From an uncultured bacterium (GTDB lineage: Bacteria; Hydrothermota; Hydrothermia; UBA1063; CAJXJZ01): a stretch of 64,000 nt of DNA. The stretch lies in NCBI GenBank assembly GCA_913055745.1, contig CAJXJZ010000005.1, forward strand, positions 1,079 to 65,078, read 5' to 3'. The notes under the pieces were generated by a model. The model saw only the letters and a list, made by a program, of their open reading frames with translations. It was not told the origin of the DNA and did no database searches. Positions 1-10,898 of the stretch are shown one piece after another; the stretch's first letter is position 1; the number at the start of each line of letters is the position of its first letter. Both the position numbers and the translations under genes were made by a program.

Positions 1-523
1 AGCCCCTACATTTCTGTTAATTGCTTCTGAATTTAAACCCTTGTCCCATAATCTTTTGAAAAATGGTGTACCACTTATTTTTTATGAAGATATAAGGTGG
101 GGAAGGTGTGATATAAAAACAACCATGCTTTTACCCAATGTCATGGCAAAATTAGAGGCAAGAGAGCGGGGATATTTTGATGCTGTATTTTATAAAAATG
201 GCATTATAACAGAGAGCACATCCTCTTCATTTTTTGCGGTAAAAGATAAAAAACTCATCACTCATCCAAAGGATACAAATATATTACCTTCTATAACGAG
301 AGAGGTGGTTATAGAGAAAATAGCACCCAATTTGGGCATGGAAGTTATTGAAAGGCCTCTTAAAGTAGAAGAGATATCAGAAATAGATGGTGCCTTTCTC
401 GCAGGCACTACCTATGATATATTGCCCATAAACAAAATAGAAAATATAGATTTCAGGGTGCCTGACACTATTTTACAGATTCAAAAATCATATTTCGTTC
501 TTGTGGATGAAATAACAAAATAA
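1..523 (+). CDS. Class IV (branched-chain / D-amino acid) aminotransferase, C-terminal part. The 5' end lies outside the window.
   Basis: The translated ORF matches the fold-type IV aminotransferase C-terminus (..GAFLAGTTYDILPIN..). The frame is open to position 1. Confidence 0.55.
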   Translation, partial: APTFLLIASEFKPLSHNLLKNGVPLIFYEDIRWGRCDIKTTMLLPNVMAKLEARERGYFDAVFYKNGIITESTSSSFFAVKDKKLITHPKDTNILPSITREVVIEKIAPNLGMEVIERPLKVEEISEIDGAFLAGTTYDILPINKIENIDFRVPDTILQIQKSYFVLVDEITK

Positions 524-524
524 T

Positions 525-965
525 CTACAAATATTGACTAACCAAATCACATACCTTTTCTAAAAATCTTCTATCTTCATCCTTAAATGGTGATAGTGTG
601 TGTGAGTCAATGTCAAGTTCACCTATTATCTTCCCATCCTTGAATATGGGCACCACTATCTCAGACTTTACTTTTGGACTGCACGATAAGTAATTTTTTT
701 CTTTTGATACATCCTGCACTATAAATACATCCTTGCGCTCTGCTGCCTGGCCACAGATACCCTCTCCAAATTTAATCCGAACATGTTGGGTTGGCTCTCC
801 AAAAAAAGGACCCAAAACGAGTTCATCTTTTTTATCTTTTTCTACAAAATAGAACCCAACCCAATCGTAGTGTTTTACATTTTCTGCGAGGAACTTACAT
901 ACTTTGTAAAGTCTTTCCTCTAATTTTTCTGGTCCTTTTAAAATACTTTCTATCTCCTTTAACAT
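525..965 (-). CDS. GAF-domain protein, free methionine-(R)-sulfoxide reductase (fRMsr/YebR)-like
   Basis: 146 aa with fRMsr-like motifs (GFYF, ELVLGPFFG, GEGICGQAA, SEIVVPI). Confidence 0.6.
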   Translation of the reverse strand: MLKEIESILKGPEKLEERLYKVCKFLAENVKHYDWVGFYFVEKDKKDELVLGPFFGEPTQHVRIKFGEGICGQAAERKDVFIVQDVSKEKNYLSCSPKVKSEIVVPIFKDGKIIGELDIDSHTLSPFKDEDRRFLEKVCDLVSQYL

Positions 966-1310
966 CTATAACTCCTTTTTAAGATTTTCCCAAAACTCCA
1001 CAGCCTTCCTGTGATGTGGTATTACAATAGAACCACCTATAATCAACGATATATTCATAGCCTCAATAACCTCATCATCATTAACATTTTCCTCAAAACA
1101 TCGCATAAGATGATACATGATACATTCATCGCATCTTAATACCATGGAACCAACAAGACCCATGAGTTCCTTGTACTTTACAGGTATAGCGCCCTCTTTG
1201 TAAACACTGTTATCCAAATTGTAAAACCTCTTTGTGTTAAGGTTTGAATACTTTAGAACGAGTTCATTCAGATAGTTTCTTTCTCTTTTAAACTCCTCAG
1301 GTTTTTTCAT
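966..1310 (-). CDS. Carboxymuconolactone decarboxylase / AhpD-like family protein
   Basis: 114 aa with a CDECIMYH (CxxC...H) AhpD-like core. The stop overlaps the downstream GAF gene by 0 nt. Confidence 0.55.
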   Translation of the reverse strand: MKKPEEFKRERNYLNELVLKYSNLNTKRFYNLDNSVYKEGAIPVKYKELMGLVGSMVLRCDECIMYHLMRCFEENVNDDEVIEAMNISLIIGGSIVIPHHRKAVEFWENLKKEL

Positions 1311-1466
1311 ACCTATTTCTCCTGCAATCTTCCATATCTTTAATTATAAGGGATTTATTATCGCACATCCTAAATGGAGAAACCAAACAACGCTGCAACT
1401 TAACAGAAGATATTTGAAATACCAACACTAAGCTTTAAAATTAGTTTAAAACAGGAGGTAATTAAA

Positions 1467-4400
1467 ATGCGTTATACTCTTGTAACATTTTTGTTTCTAA
1501 ACCTACTACATGCCGCAATCATTTCCAAAAATCTGCAAACAGAATTGAACTCTAACAAACCGTATATAAAAGCAATGGTCATAATGAAAGAAAGGGCAAA
1601 CATTGCTAAGATAGGTAAAGGGGCATATAAGGAAAAAGCCATGCTACTCCGTGAAGTGTCAAGGCAAAGCCAAAAGGAAATTATACAATTTCTAACGTCT
1701 CATAAGAATGAAGTTTTATCCTATAGGTCCTATTGGATAAGTAACGCATTATATGTAAATGCTTCACCAACTATAATCCGTAAAATAGCAGAGTTTCCAG
1801 GGGTTTATATGGTGAAAGAAGTAAGCACATGGCACATCCTAAAAACCACACCCAGCCTTTCTCTTAAAACTTCTGTAAGCGACAAGACTGTTGAATGGAA
1901 CATTGATAAGATAAAGGCCGATTCTGTATGGACATATTATGGCTATTCTGGGAATGGGGTAAATGTAGGAATACTTGATACAGGCATAGACCCCTCGCAT
2001 CCAGCACTTTCAGGTAATTTCTCAGGGCATTTTCATGATGCTGTAAATGGTAACACTTCACCGTACGATGATCATGGTCATGGCACACATGTGGCAGGTA
2101 CCATTGCAGGTGGTGATGGACCAGGACCCTTCCAAGACGATATTGGTATAGCATATAATGCGCTTTTATCCTCCTGCAAGGCTTTTGATGATCAGGGACA
2201 GGGTTCTGATACAAGTATTTTGGACTGCTCTCAATGGTTTGTGAGCCTTAAGGCTGATTCAGGCGTTGATATAAGGATTATAAGTAATTCATGGGGTGGA
2301 GAACACGGAAACCCATGGATGTGGAGCGATGTGTGGAATAACTGGAGGGGTATGGATATAATCCCTGTTTTTGCCGCAGGTAATTCAGGCCCTGGGGCTG
2401 AAACAGTGTCAAGTCCTGGTGATTATCCCTTTGTTATAGGTGTGGGAGCGACTGATATAAATGACAGTATCGCTGATTTTTCAAGCCGGGGGCCTGCACC
2501 AGATACAGGCCTTTATGCTGATACGACTTACTGGTCAAGACCTGATTGGAATTTCATAAAGCCTGATATATGCGCACCAGGCGTGGGAATACGATCAAGT
2601 CTTCCCAATGGACAATACGATTCATGGGATGGAACGAGTATGGCAACGCCCCATGTGACAGGTGTTATAGCCCTTATGCTTGAGAAGAATCCTTCCTTAG
2701 ATTATGAAACCGTGTATGATATTCTAACGAATCATGCTGTTGATACTCTTAGTGGAATAACTTATCCCAACAATGACTACGGATGGGGTCGTATTAATGC
2801 CCTCCTTGCCATAGAAAATACCCCTTCACTTACAGAGCCATTTATAGTTAGACAGAACGTCTATGTTGTTGATACATCAGGCAACAATAATGGTTTGCCT
2901 GACCCTGGTGAAACTGTAAACCTATATGTTGCATTAAAAAATCTTGGCACTGACCTTTCAAATGTAAGCGCCACATTGAATGTGCTTCCTCAATATGCTT
3001 CAAAGATTACCATTTTGGATAATACATCCTATTACGGTATCATGCCCAAAGACAGCATAAAAAATGGAGATGGCTTTGTATTCACAGTGGATACCACTTG
3101 GAGAAGTGGACTTAAGGCACAATTTGAACTCATAATAACAGGGGATAGTGGGTACACTAAATACGACACCTTCCAATTACAAATCGGCATACCTAAGTAC
3201 TATACTTGGTTTTATTTTGACTATTCAGATATGGAGGGTTGGACTACAAATGGAACATGGGATAAAACCACTACCACATATCATTCTTCTCCCTCCTCGG
3301 CGACAGACTCACCACAAGGAGAATATGCAAACGATACCCATAACTATATGCTTCTTGAACATCCTTTTGACTTAAGTGATGCATATTTTGCAAGAATAAC
3401 TTTATGGCACAAGTATAACTTTGAGAATAACTATGATTTTGGGTATATCCAGGTTTCATCAGATTCAAGTGATAATGCACAGTGGACTACCATAGCATCC
3501 TATACAGATTCTATCCTAAATTGGGTTGCAGATACCATAAATATCCCTTCACAGTTTATGGGACAATCTATATTTATAAGGTTCTTAGTTGAAAGTGATG
3601 GGAGCGCTACGCGTGATGGATGGTATGTTGATGATGTAAAATTGGAAAAGGATGTACCACTTCAAGGAGTCCATCTTCAAAGTATGGGCATAGAGGTAAT
3701 TGATAGTACAGGCAATTATGATCATACACTCGACCCAGGAGAAACAGGTACTTTGCTATGGCATATAAAAAACATTGGCCAAGAGGCAGCATCTAATATT
3801 CATGCCACCATTTTCTGTAGTTTTCAGGGTATTACACTCTTAGATGATACATCCTTTATTGATACCATTGAACCCGATTCAACCATATACTTCACATTCA
3901 AGATCAATGCAAGTTCTAATATACCACACGGTTCAAATGTACCACTCATACTTATCTTACAAGGAGACAATGTAGATGATACGTTGAATACCACATTGCA
4001 AGTAGGAAAGGTTTTCTTTACAGAAGGAGATTCTCTTTATATAGCACTTGATGATGCAGACACGCTTTATACCCCACTTGCCCCACATTATGAGCAAATA
4101 GATCTACAAGGAAATGCTGGTTCAATTTCCCTTAGGGATGATGATAGACAAGAGGTATCATTGCCATTTACCTTTAAATTCTATGGCATAGAATACACAA
4201 GTTTGTGGGTATGCTCTAATGGGTGGATATCCTTTGGCAATGACCCTGGCACAAATGCCTATCAAAATGCTCCTTTGCCATCTCCCGATACTCCAAATAC
4301 ATTAATTGCACCCCTTTGGGCAGACCTTGATCCATCAAGTGGTGGAAATATCTATTATTTAGGCGATACCACTAACCATAGGTTCTTGCTTCAATTTAAA

Positions 4401-4949
4401 AATGTACCATTTTACGGTAGCACCACATCCATTGCGTCATTTACTGTTATTTTGTATGATCCTGCATTCTACCCAACTCCAACCGGAGATGGTGATATAT
4501 TAGTGCTTTATGATACAACGCCCAATAGGTCAAATTTCTCAGTTGGAATAGAAGACTCCTCTGGCAATATTGGATTAGAGTACTATTACAATGGTAATCT
4601 TAATCAAGGAGCAGAGCAAATAGTAGAGAAAAGGGCCGTTCTCTTTACAACAAAATCTCTCTCAAAGGTAAAAGAGCAACAACAACATAAAACGCTATTC
4701 TCAGCAAGAGTTGTTTACCTAAGCGATTTTTCACCTGTTCTAAAACTCAATCTACCAAAAGATGGCAAGGTAAAAATATCCTTATACGATGTATCCGGTA
4801 GGAGAAGAGGAAATCAAGTTGTATACAAACTATCCCAGGGGAGCCACACCATATCCCTTGGTACTATACATTTAAGAAAAGGTGTCTACTTTGCTCATAT
4901 AACATCTCACAACAACAGTGTAATTAAAAAGTTTCTTATCTTGAAATAG
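1467..4949 (+). CDS. Secreted subtilisin-like serine protease (peptidase S8) with large C-terminal extension domains and a T9SS/Por C-terminal sorting domain
   Basis: AGGAGG RBS 8 nt upstream. Signal peptide MRYTLVTFLFLNLLHA. S8 catalytic triad motifs are present (DTGID, HGHGTHVAG, GTSMATPHV). The last ~80 aa (KVKISLYDVSGRR...GVYFAHI...KKFLILK) fit the T9SS CTD consensus. Confidence 0.85.
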   Translation: MRYTLVTFLFLNLLHAAIISKNLQTELNSNKPYIKAMVIMKERANIAKIGKGAYKEKAMLLREVSRQSQKEIIQFLTSHKNEVLSYRSYWISNALYVNASPTIIRKIAEFPGVYMVKEVSTWHILKTTPSLSLKTSVSDKTVEWNIDKIKADSVWTYYGYSGNGVNVGILDTGIDPSHPALSGNFSGHFHDAVNGNTSPYDDHGHGTHVAGTIAGGDGPGPFQDDIGIAYNALLSSCKAFDDQGQGSDTSILDCSQWFVSLKADSGVDIRIISNSWGGEHGNPWMWSDVWNNWRGMDIIPVFAAGNSGPGAETVSSPGDYPFVIGVGATDINDSIADFSSRGPAPDTGLYADTTYWSRPDWNFIKPDICAPGVGIRSSLPNGQYDSWDGTSMATPHVTGVIALMLEKNPSLDYETVYDILTNHAVDTLSGITYPNNDYGWGRINALLAIENTPSLTEPFIVRQNVYVVDTSGNNNGLPDPGETVNLYVALKNLGTDLSNVSATLNVLPQYASKITILDNTSYYGIMPKDSIKNGDGFVFTVDTTWRSGLKAQFELIITGDSGYTKYDTFQLQIGIPKYYTWFYFDYSDMEGWTTNGTWDKTTTTYHSSPSSATDSPQGEYANDTHNYMLLEHPFDLSDAYFARITLWHKYNFENNYDFGYIQVSSDSSDNAQWTTIASYTDSILNWVADTINIPSQFMGQSIFIRFLVESDGSATRDGWYVDDVKLEKDVPLQGVHLQSMGIEVIDSTGNYDHTLDPGETGTLLWHIKNIGQEAASNIHATIFCSFQGITLLDDTSFIDTIEPDSTIYFTFKINASSNIPHGSNVPLILILQGDNVDDTLNTTLQVGKVFFTEGDSLYIALDDADTLYTPLAPHYEQIDLQGNAGSISLRDDDRQEVSLPFTFKFYGIEYTSLWVCSNGWISFGNDPGTNAYQNAPLPSPDTPNTLIAPLWADLDPSSGGNIYYLGDTTNHRFLLQFKNVPFYGSTTSIASFTVILYDPAFYPTPTGDGDILVLYDTTPNRSNFSVGIEDSSGNIGLEYYYNGNLNQGAEQIVEKRAVLFTTKSLSKVKEQQQHKTLFSARVVYLSDFSPVLKLNLPKDGKVKISLYDVSGRRRGNQVVYKLSQGSHTISLGTIHLRKGVYFAHITSHNNSVIKKFLILK

Positions 4950-4956
4950 GCATTTA

Positions 4957-4984
4957 AAAGGGGGATTAATCCCCCTTTTTTTTA
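4957..4984. terminator. Bidirectional rho-independent terminator hairpin between convergent genes
   Basis: Perfect palindrome aaaagggggattaatcccccttttttt flanked by A and T runs. It overlaps the last codons and stop of the minus-strand GT2 gene. Confidence 0.55.
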
Positions 4985-5898
4985 TACTTAAATTTTTCTA
5001 TTTTATGTTTTGAGAGGTCCTTTGGTTTATCCCTTAAGTTTGCTATCATCTCACCCAATGAACCCATGGAGAGGAGGATAAGTGCCCAAACAAGAAGCAA
5101 AATAGTGGCATATAAGAGTGGCCTATATCCATGACCCATGATACGTAGCACAATGGCAATGAGAAAGACTATAACTCCCGAGATACCAGTAATCAAACTC
5201 CAGGTTCCAAAAAATAGCATAGGACTCTTTATAAAACTCAACTGAAACTTCACAGCAAGAAGGTCCATCGTTCCTACAACAATCCTCCAGGGGCCCTTAA
5301 ATTTACTCTTTCCTCCAACCCTTGGATACAAGGTAACATCAATTTCCGTCATCTTATAACCATATTCATTTGCGATAGGAACTATGTACCTATGCCACCC
5401 TCTTCTGTGTGGTATAAGTTCAAAGATCTCTCTCCTCATAATCTTAATGGAGTTCATATCTGATATAGGTACACGGAATATTTTTCTTGATAAGGCATTG
5501 TAAATAGAGGATACAAACTTTTTCTCGTACTTTCCCTTTTTCTTGCCTGCTACAAGGTCATACCCCTCTTGTAATTTCTCTGCCATACGCTTTACATCCT
5601 CCAGTCTAAACTGTAAATCTGCAGGGAAAAATACAAGCGCATCGCCTTCTGAGTATTCAAAGCCAGAAAGCAGCGCTTCTGTCAAACCAAAGTTTCTGCG
5701 ATGTTTAACAATTTTTACATAAGGATACTCAGGATAGAGTTTCTCAAGAAGTTCAAAAGTCCCATCAATAGAGCCATCATCCACTATGATAAACTCCCAA
5801 TCAGATGGATTTTTCTGTTTAAACCTATCAATATGCCTTAAAAGTTCTTTAATATTGTCTTTCTCATTGTATGCTGGGATGATCACACTTACTTTCAT
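4966..5898 (-). CDS. Glycosyltransferase family 2, Dpm1/dolichyl-phosphate hexose synthase-like, with a C-terminal membrane domain
   Basis: VIIPAYNE...VDDGSIDGT and DxD-type motifs. Two or three predicted TM helices at the C-terminus. Confidence 0.8.
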   Translation of the reverse strand: MKVSVIIPAYNEKDNIKELLRHIDRFKQKNPSDWEFIIVDDGSIDGTFELLEKLYPEYPYVKIVKHRRNFGLTEALLSGFEYSEGDALVFFPADLQFRLEDVKRMAEKLQEGYDLVAGKKKGKYEKKFVSSIYNALSRKIFRVPISDMNSIKIMRREIFELIPHRRGWHRYIVPIANEYGYKMTEIDVTLYPRVGGKSKFKGPWRIVVGTMDLLAVKFQLSFIKSPMLFFGTWSLITGISGVIVFLIAIVLRIMGHGYRPLLYATILLLVWALILLSMGSLGEMIANLRDKPKDLSKHKIEKFKYKKKGD

Positions 5899-6013
5899 AC
5901 CTTTTAAGATAAGGCATGATATACAAAATCCAAACCCTTAGATGTATATGACAGATAAATTATTTGAACTTACCTACACTTTCCATTATTATTTAAACAA
6001 GAAGGAGGATAAA

Positions 6014-7195
6014 ATGGGTAAATTGGATTTCGTGAAAGAGGAGATAGAACGGCTTAAAAAAGAAGGGCTATATGTAAATATAAAGACCATTGAGAGCCCA
6101 CAAGGCGCATGGATAAAGGTTGATGGCAAGGAAGTTCTGAACCTTTGCTCAAATAACTATCTCGGCTTTGCAAACCATCCAGTGCTCAAAGAAAGGGCAA
6201 AAAGAGCCATTGATGAGTTTGGTGTAGGTCCTGGTGCCGTGAGGACCATAGCAGGAACGATGAAACTTCACAGAGAACTTGAAGAAAAACTGGCTAAGTT
6301 CAAAGGTGCTGAAGCGGCTCTTTCGTTTCAATCAGGTTTTAACACCAATCTTGCTGTAATACCTGCATTAGTTGGTCGTGGGGATGTAATCTTTTCAGAT
6401 GAACTCAATCATGCCTCTATTATAGACGGTTGTAGGCTATCAAGGGCGGAGATCGTGCGTTTTAAGCATGCAGATCCACAGGACCTCAAAAAGAAACTTG
6501 AAGAATACAAAGAGCATCCTGGTAAAAAACTCGTTGTAACAGACGGAGTTTTCTCAATGGACGGTGATGTAGCACCATTAGACAAATATGTTGAGGTCGC
6601 AGAAGAGTATGATGCTATTACCATGGTGGACGATGCACATGGAGAAGGTGTTTTGGGCAATAGTGGAAGGGGTATTGTTGACAGCCTTAAATTGCATGGG
6701 AAGGTTGACCTTGAAGTTGGGACACTTTCAAAGGCCTTTGGTGTAGTTGGAGGATATGTTGCAGCCAAAAAAGAAGTTATAGAGTATCTCAGACAAAAGG
6801 CAAGGCCATTCCTCTTTTCAAGTGCTGTAACACCTCCTGATGTGGCAGCTGCAATTGCTGCTGTAGATATACTAACAGAGTCAGATAAACTCGTTGTCAA
6901 ACTATGGGACAATACAAACTACTTTCAAACAGAAATAAAAAACTTGGGTTTTGACATAGGTGAGACTGAAACTCCCATCACACCCATTATGCTCGGAGAA
7001 GCCCCCATTGCGCAGGAATTTTCCAAGAGACTCTTCAAAGAAGGCATTTTCGCACAGGCAATAGGATATCCAACTGTTCCAAAGGGTAAGGCAAGGATAA
7101 GGGTGATGATTTCTGCTGTGCATGAGAAAAAGGACCTTGATTTTGCACTTGAAAAATTTGCCAAGATTGGTAAAGAACTTGGAGTGATAGAGTAG
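6014..7195 (+). CDS. Glycine C-acetyltransferase (2-amino-3-ketobutyrate CoA ligase) / 8-amino-7-oxononanoate synthase family, PLP-dependent
   Basis: AAGGAGG RBS, then ATG at 6014 (MGKLDF...). Conserved [12 protein letters not shown] and PLP-lysine region (GTLSKAFG). Kbl-like rather than BioF by the [12 protein letters not shown] block. The six-frame ORF starts earlier at 5942 without an RBS. Confidence 0.75.
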   Translation: MGKLDFVKEEIERLKKEGLYVNIKTIESPQGAWIKVDGKEVLNLCSNNYLGFANHPVLKERAKRAIDEFGVGPGAVRTIAGTMKLHRELEEKLAKFKGAEAALSFQSGFNTNLAVIPALVGRGDVIFSDELNHASIIDGCRLSRAEIVRFKHADPQDLKKKLEEYKEHPGKKLVVTDGVFSMDGDVAPLDKYVEVAEEYDAITMVDDAHGEGVLGNSGRGIVDSLKLHGKVDLEVGTLSKAFGVVGGYVAAKKEVIEYLRQKARPFLFSSAVTPPDVAAAIAAVDILTESDKLVVKLWDNTNYFQTEIKNLGFDIGETETPITPIMLGEAPIAQEFSKRLFKEGIFAQAIGYPTVPKGKARIRVMISAVHEKKDLDFALEKFAKIGKELGVIE

Positions 7196-7265
7196 AAGAC
7201 ATAACTTGTTGAAAGAGCGTATCTTAAACTTTATCATTTAAGGCCCAAACAAGAATGAGGTAGGT

Positions 7266-9182
7266 ATGGCTAAATTTAAATTCCCAAAAGGGGAAGAAAG
7301 AGAAATCGAAGATATTAAGGGTAAAACTATACAAGATGTTGTTGGTAAGAGAAAGGATTATCTTGTTGCCATTGTAGATGGCGTACCAAAAGATTTAACA
7401 TTTAAACTTACAGGTTCTGAAAATGAAGTAGAGATATGCGACTTCAGTCATCCTGTAGGTAAAGACACTTATTGGCATACAACATCACACATACTTGCAC
7501 AAGCTGTTAAGGAACTGTTCCCTGATGTGAAGGTTACCATAGGACCCGCCATAGAAAACGGTTTTTATTATGATTTTGATACTCAAGGGTACGCATTTAC
7601 ACCCAAAGACCTTGAAAAGATAGAAGCGAAAATGATAGAAATAACAAAACTGGACCTTCCTATAAAAAGAAGAGAACTCTCTCGCAAAGAGGCAATAGAG
7701 TTTTTTAAAAAGTTGGGGGAGACCTATAAAATAGAAATCCTTGAAGAGATTGAATCCGATACCGTATCTATATATGAACAGGGTGGTTTTGCTGACCTTT
7801 GCCGAGGTCCACACCTTCCCTCTACAGGCTATGTTAAGGCAATAAAAATCCTCTCCTCCTCTGGTAGTTATTGGCGGGGCGATGAGCATAATGCGCGCCT
7901 TCAGAGAATATACGGCATATCTTTTCCTAAAAAGTCTATGCTTGATGAGTATCTTAAAATGATAGAGGAGGCAAAGAAGAGAGACCACAGAAAATTAGGT
8001 AAGGAACTTGACCTATTCTCCATTCAGGAAGAGGTTGGACCTGGACTTATCCTTTGGCATCCGAGGGGCGCTACTATCAGAATGGTTATAGAGGATTTTT
8101 GGAAAAACGAACATCTAAAAAGGGGTTATCAACTCGTGTACACCCCTCATGTTGGAAGGGCTAATCTCTGGCAAACCTCAGGGCATCTTGATTTTTACAG
8201 GGAGAATATGTTTCCTGTTATGAAGGTTGATGAGCAGGAATACTTCATAAAGCCTATGAACTGTCCTTTCCACATACTCATCTATAAGTCAAAGGTAAGA
8301 AGTTATAGGGAATTTCCTATTAAATATGCTGAAATGGGAACCGTCTATCGTTATGAAAAATCAGGTGTATTACATGGGCTTTTAAGGGTTCGCGGTTTCA
8401 CTCAAGATGATGCCCACATATTTGTAAGAGAAGACCAGGTAGAAGATGAAATTAAGAAGGTCCTTGAGTTTACACTCTTTATGCTAAAGAGTTTTGGGTT
8501 TGAAGATTTCAGTATCTATATCTCAACCATGCCTGAAAAGCATGTAGGCTCTATCCAAATGTGGGAACTCGCTACCAGATCCCTTAAAGAGGCGGCAGAT
8601 GACATGGGACTTTCTTATGAAATTGATGAAGGTGCAGGAGCATTCTATGGGCCCAAAATTGATGTAGTGATAAAGGATGCACTAAAAAGAGAGTGGCAGT
8701 GCTCAACTATTCAGTTTGATTTTAATCTACCTGAGAGATTTGATATGACATATAGAGATAAAGATGGAACAGAAAAACGGCCATATATGATTCATAGGGC
8801 ACTCCTTGGCTCCTTTGAAAGGTTCCTTGGCACATTAATAGAACATTATGGTGGTAATTTACCTGTATGGCTATCTCCCACACAGGTTAAGGTATTGCCT
8901 ATAAGTGAAGAAAATAGTGAGTTTGCAAGAAAAGTCTACAAGACACTAATTTCCAAGAATATAAGGGCAGAACTGGATGATAGGAACGAAAAGATAGGTT
9001 ATAAGATTAGAGAAGCCGAGAAGATGAAAGTCCCTTACATGCTTATAATTGGCAGAAAGGAAGAAAGCATGAATGGTGTATCCTTGAGGGTACACGGCAT
9101 GGGTGATAAAGGCTTTATTAAACTTGAGGAATTTTTGGAATATATAAATGAGAAGATAGAGAAAAAGGAGGTAGGATATTAG
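7266..9182 (+). CDS. thrS: Threonine--tRNA ligase
   Basis: 638 aa with TGS domain, class II aaRS motifs ([16 protein letters not shown]-like) and a C-terminal anticodon-binding domain. Confidence 0.9.
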   Translation: MAKFKFPKGEEREIEDIKGKTIQDVVGKRKDYLVAIVDGVPKDLTFKLTGSENEVEICDFSHPVGKDTYWHTTSHILAQAVKELFPDVKVTIGPAIENGFYYDFDTQGYAFTPKDLEKIEAKMIEITKLDLPIKRRELSRKEAIEFFKKLGETYKIEILEEIESDTVSIYEQGGFADLCRGPHLPSTGYVKAIKILSSSGSYWRGDEHNARLQRIYGISFPKKSMLDEYLKMIEEAKKRDHRKLGKELDLFSIQEEVGPGLILWHPRGATIRMVIEDFWKNEHLKRGYQLVYTPHVGRANLWQTSGHLDFYRENMFPVMKVDEQEYFIKPMNCPFHILIYKSKVRSYREFPIKYAEMGTVYRYEKSGVLHGLLRVRGFTQDDAHIFVREDQVEDEIKKVLEFTLFMLKSFGFEDFSIYISTMPEKHVGSIQMWELATRSLKEAADDMGLSYEIDEGAGAFYGPKIDVVIKDALKREWQCSTIQFDFNLPERFDMTYRDKDGTEKRPYMIHRALLGSFERFLGTLIEHYGGNLPVWLSPTQVKVLPISEENSEFARKVYKTLISKNIRAELDDRNEKIGYKIREAEKMKVPYMLIIGRKEESMNGVSLRVHGMGDKGFIKLEEFLEYINEKIEKKEVGY

Positions 9183-9735
9183 TCCAAGAAAAGGGTTCAG
9201 ACCACAGGATAGACATCCCAAAAGGGACAAAGAGCCGTATCAGGTAAATTATAGGATAAGAGCGAGAGAAGTTAGGGTAATAGGTCCAGATGGAAAGCAG
9301 ATAGGTCTAATGAACACAAAAGATGCCATTGAAATGGCTCAGGATATGGGATTGGATCTTGTACTCATTGCCCCAAATGTAAAGCCACCAGTCGCAAAGA
9401 TATTAGACTACGGAAAGTTTAAATATGAAGAAAAGAAAAGGAAGAAAAAGGCAAAGAAGAAAACACATGGCGAGGTGAAAGACATTTCAATGCGACCTAA
9501 TATAAGTGATAACGACCTAAATGTTAAACTAAAAAAAATTAGAGAGTTCTTTGAGCACGGTTCTAAGGTCAAGGTTCGCATATTTTTCAGAGGTAGAGAA
9601 ATGGTTCACACAGAGAGGGGATTTGAACTTGCAGATAGAATTATAAAAGAGTTGGAAGGGGAGTCTCAAGTTGAGGTAAAACCCAAACTTGAAGGGAGGA
9701 ATTTAACCTTTATGTTAAGACCTACAAAAAAATAA
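9178..9735 (+). CDS. infC: Translation initiation factor IF-3, probably starting at a non-canonical ATT codon overlapping the thrS stop
   Basis: The conserved IF-3 N-terminal domain ([23 protein letters not shown]...) is in frame upstream of the first ATG at 9310. ATT at 9178 is in frame with no ATG/GTG/TTG before it. An AUU start is the classical infC autoregulatory feature. Confidence 0.7.
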   Translation: MSPRKGFRPQDRHPKRDKEPYQVNYRIRAREVRVIGPDGKQIGLMNTKDAIEMAQDMGLDLVLIAPNVKPPVAKILDYGKFKYEEKKRKKKAKKKTHGEVKDISMRPNISDNDLNVKLKKIREFFEHGSKVKVRIFFRGREMVHTERGFELADRIIKELEGESQVEVKPKLEGRNLTFMLRPTKK

Positions 9736-9748
9736 AAGGAGGTAAAAA

Positions 9749-9949
9749 ATGCCTAAGATGAAAACAAAAAGAGCAGCAGCCAAGAGATTTGAAATAACCG
9801 GTAGTGGGAAGATAAGAAGAAGAAAGGCTTATAAGAGCCATCTCCTTTCAGATAAGACAAGGAAAAGGAAGAGGAATTTAAGGAAGAAGACCCTTGTTAG
9901 CAAGGCTGATGAAAAGAGGGTAAAATTAGCATTGCCTTACACTAAGTAA
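9749..9949 (+). CDS. rpmI: 50S ribosomal protein L35
   Basis: [14 protein letters not shown]... 66 aa with a GGAGG RBS. It follows infC as in the canonical operon. Confidence 0.9.
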   Translation: MPKMKTKRAAAKRFEITGSGKIRRRKAYKSHLLSDKTRKRKRNLRKKTLVSKADEKRVKLALPYTK

Positions 9950-10896
9950 TGATAAGAGAGGCCCAAGGTAAGAAGATAGGTGTTTTGTACGGTGGATGGT
10001 CTTCGGAGCGAGATGTATCTTTAAGGTCTGGCAGAAATGTTTATGAAGCACTTTTGAAACTCGGGTACAAAGATACTATACTTATTGACGTTAAAAGGAG
10101 CGTTGCAGAAGATCTAAAGAGGGAAGGGATTGATATAGCAGTTATAATGCTTCACGGGAAAGGGGGGGAAGATGGTAGTATTCAAGGGCTTTTAGAAGTA
10201 TTGGGTATCCCATATACGGGTTCAAGAGTATTAGCATCATCTATTGGTATGGATAAATTTATAACCAAACAAATCTTGAAGAGTTTGAAAATCCCCACAC
10301 CCCGTGCGGTTTTTGCAACAAATAATGATAATATTTACGAAAAAGTAAAAGAAGTTGAGGAAAAACTCATATACCCGGTGATAGTAAAGCCAAGGAGTGA
10401 AGGGTCTTCAGTTGGAATACACATAGTAAGGGATAGGGATGAACTATTAAGTAAATTAGAAGAAAATATAAATCTTTATGGACACATACTTATAGAACAG
10501 TTTATTGAAGGTCAGGCTGTAACAGTAGGTATACTTGGAACAGGGAAGAAAGCATTTTGTGTACCATCCTTAGAACTTCGCGTGAAAGGTAGAGCATTTT
10601 ACGACTATGTAGCAAAATACACCAAGGGATACACAGAGTTTATTATACCTGCAGAGATTCCAGAACATTCCGATAAAAAACTGAAAGAATATGCACTCAA
10701 GTTCTATAATGCCATTGAAGGGAGAGGGTTTTCAAGGGTAGATGCAGTAGTAGATGAAAAGGGAGAGGTCTATATTCTTGAAATAAACACCATACCAGGT
10801 ATGACAGACCTATCTGATCTGCCAAAAGAAGCAGAGAAGATGGGTATATCATACGAAGAGGTAGCAGAATATATTTTAAGATCAGCCTTTGAATAG
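9949..10896 (+). CDS. ddl: D-alanine--D-alanine ligase
   Basis: ATP-grasp Ddl motifs (GVLYGGWSSEREVSL.SG, EINTIPGMT). The start overlaps the rpmI stop (taATG). Confidence 0.85.
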   Translation: MIREAQGKKIGVLYGGWSSERDVSLRSGRNVYEALLKLGYKDTILIDVKRSVAEDLKREGIDIAVIMLHGKGGEDGSIQGLLEVLGIPYTGSRVLASSIGMDKFITKQILKSLKIPTPRAVFATNNDNIYEKVKEVEEKLIYPVIVKPRSEGSSVGIHIVRDRDELLSKLEENINLYGHILIEQFIEGQAVTVGILGTGKKAFCVPSLELRVKGRAFYDYVAKYTKGYTEFIIPAEIPEHSDKKLKEYALKFYNAIEGRGFSRVDAVVDEKGEVYILEINTIPGMTDLSDLPKEAEKMGISYEEVAEYILRSAFE

Positions 10897-10898
10897 AT

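Noticed and set aside
1864-4949. Several 60-116-aa ORFs antisense or out of frame inside the 1160-aa protease gene (1864-2214, 3148-3375, 3271-3480, 3607-3792)
   Set aside because: They are fully embedded in a well-supported long CDS. They have no RBS and no motifs. Typical shadow ORFs.
6149-7237. Minus-strand ORFs (60-167 aa) inside the kbl-like gene
   Set aside because: Shadow ORFs of a strongly supported PLP-enzyme CDS.
7196-7265. T-box leader upstream of thrS
   Set aside because: The intergenic region is only 70 nt. There is no specifier stem or T-box consensus (AATTAGAGTGGTACCGCG-like) motif.
9186-9309. Treating the IF-3 N-terminal coding region as a 5' UTR or leader
   Set aside because: Its translation matches the conserved IF-3 N-domain, so it is coding. 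The ORF caller simply requires ATG/GTG/TTG.
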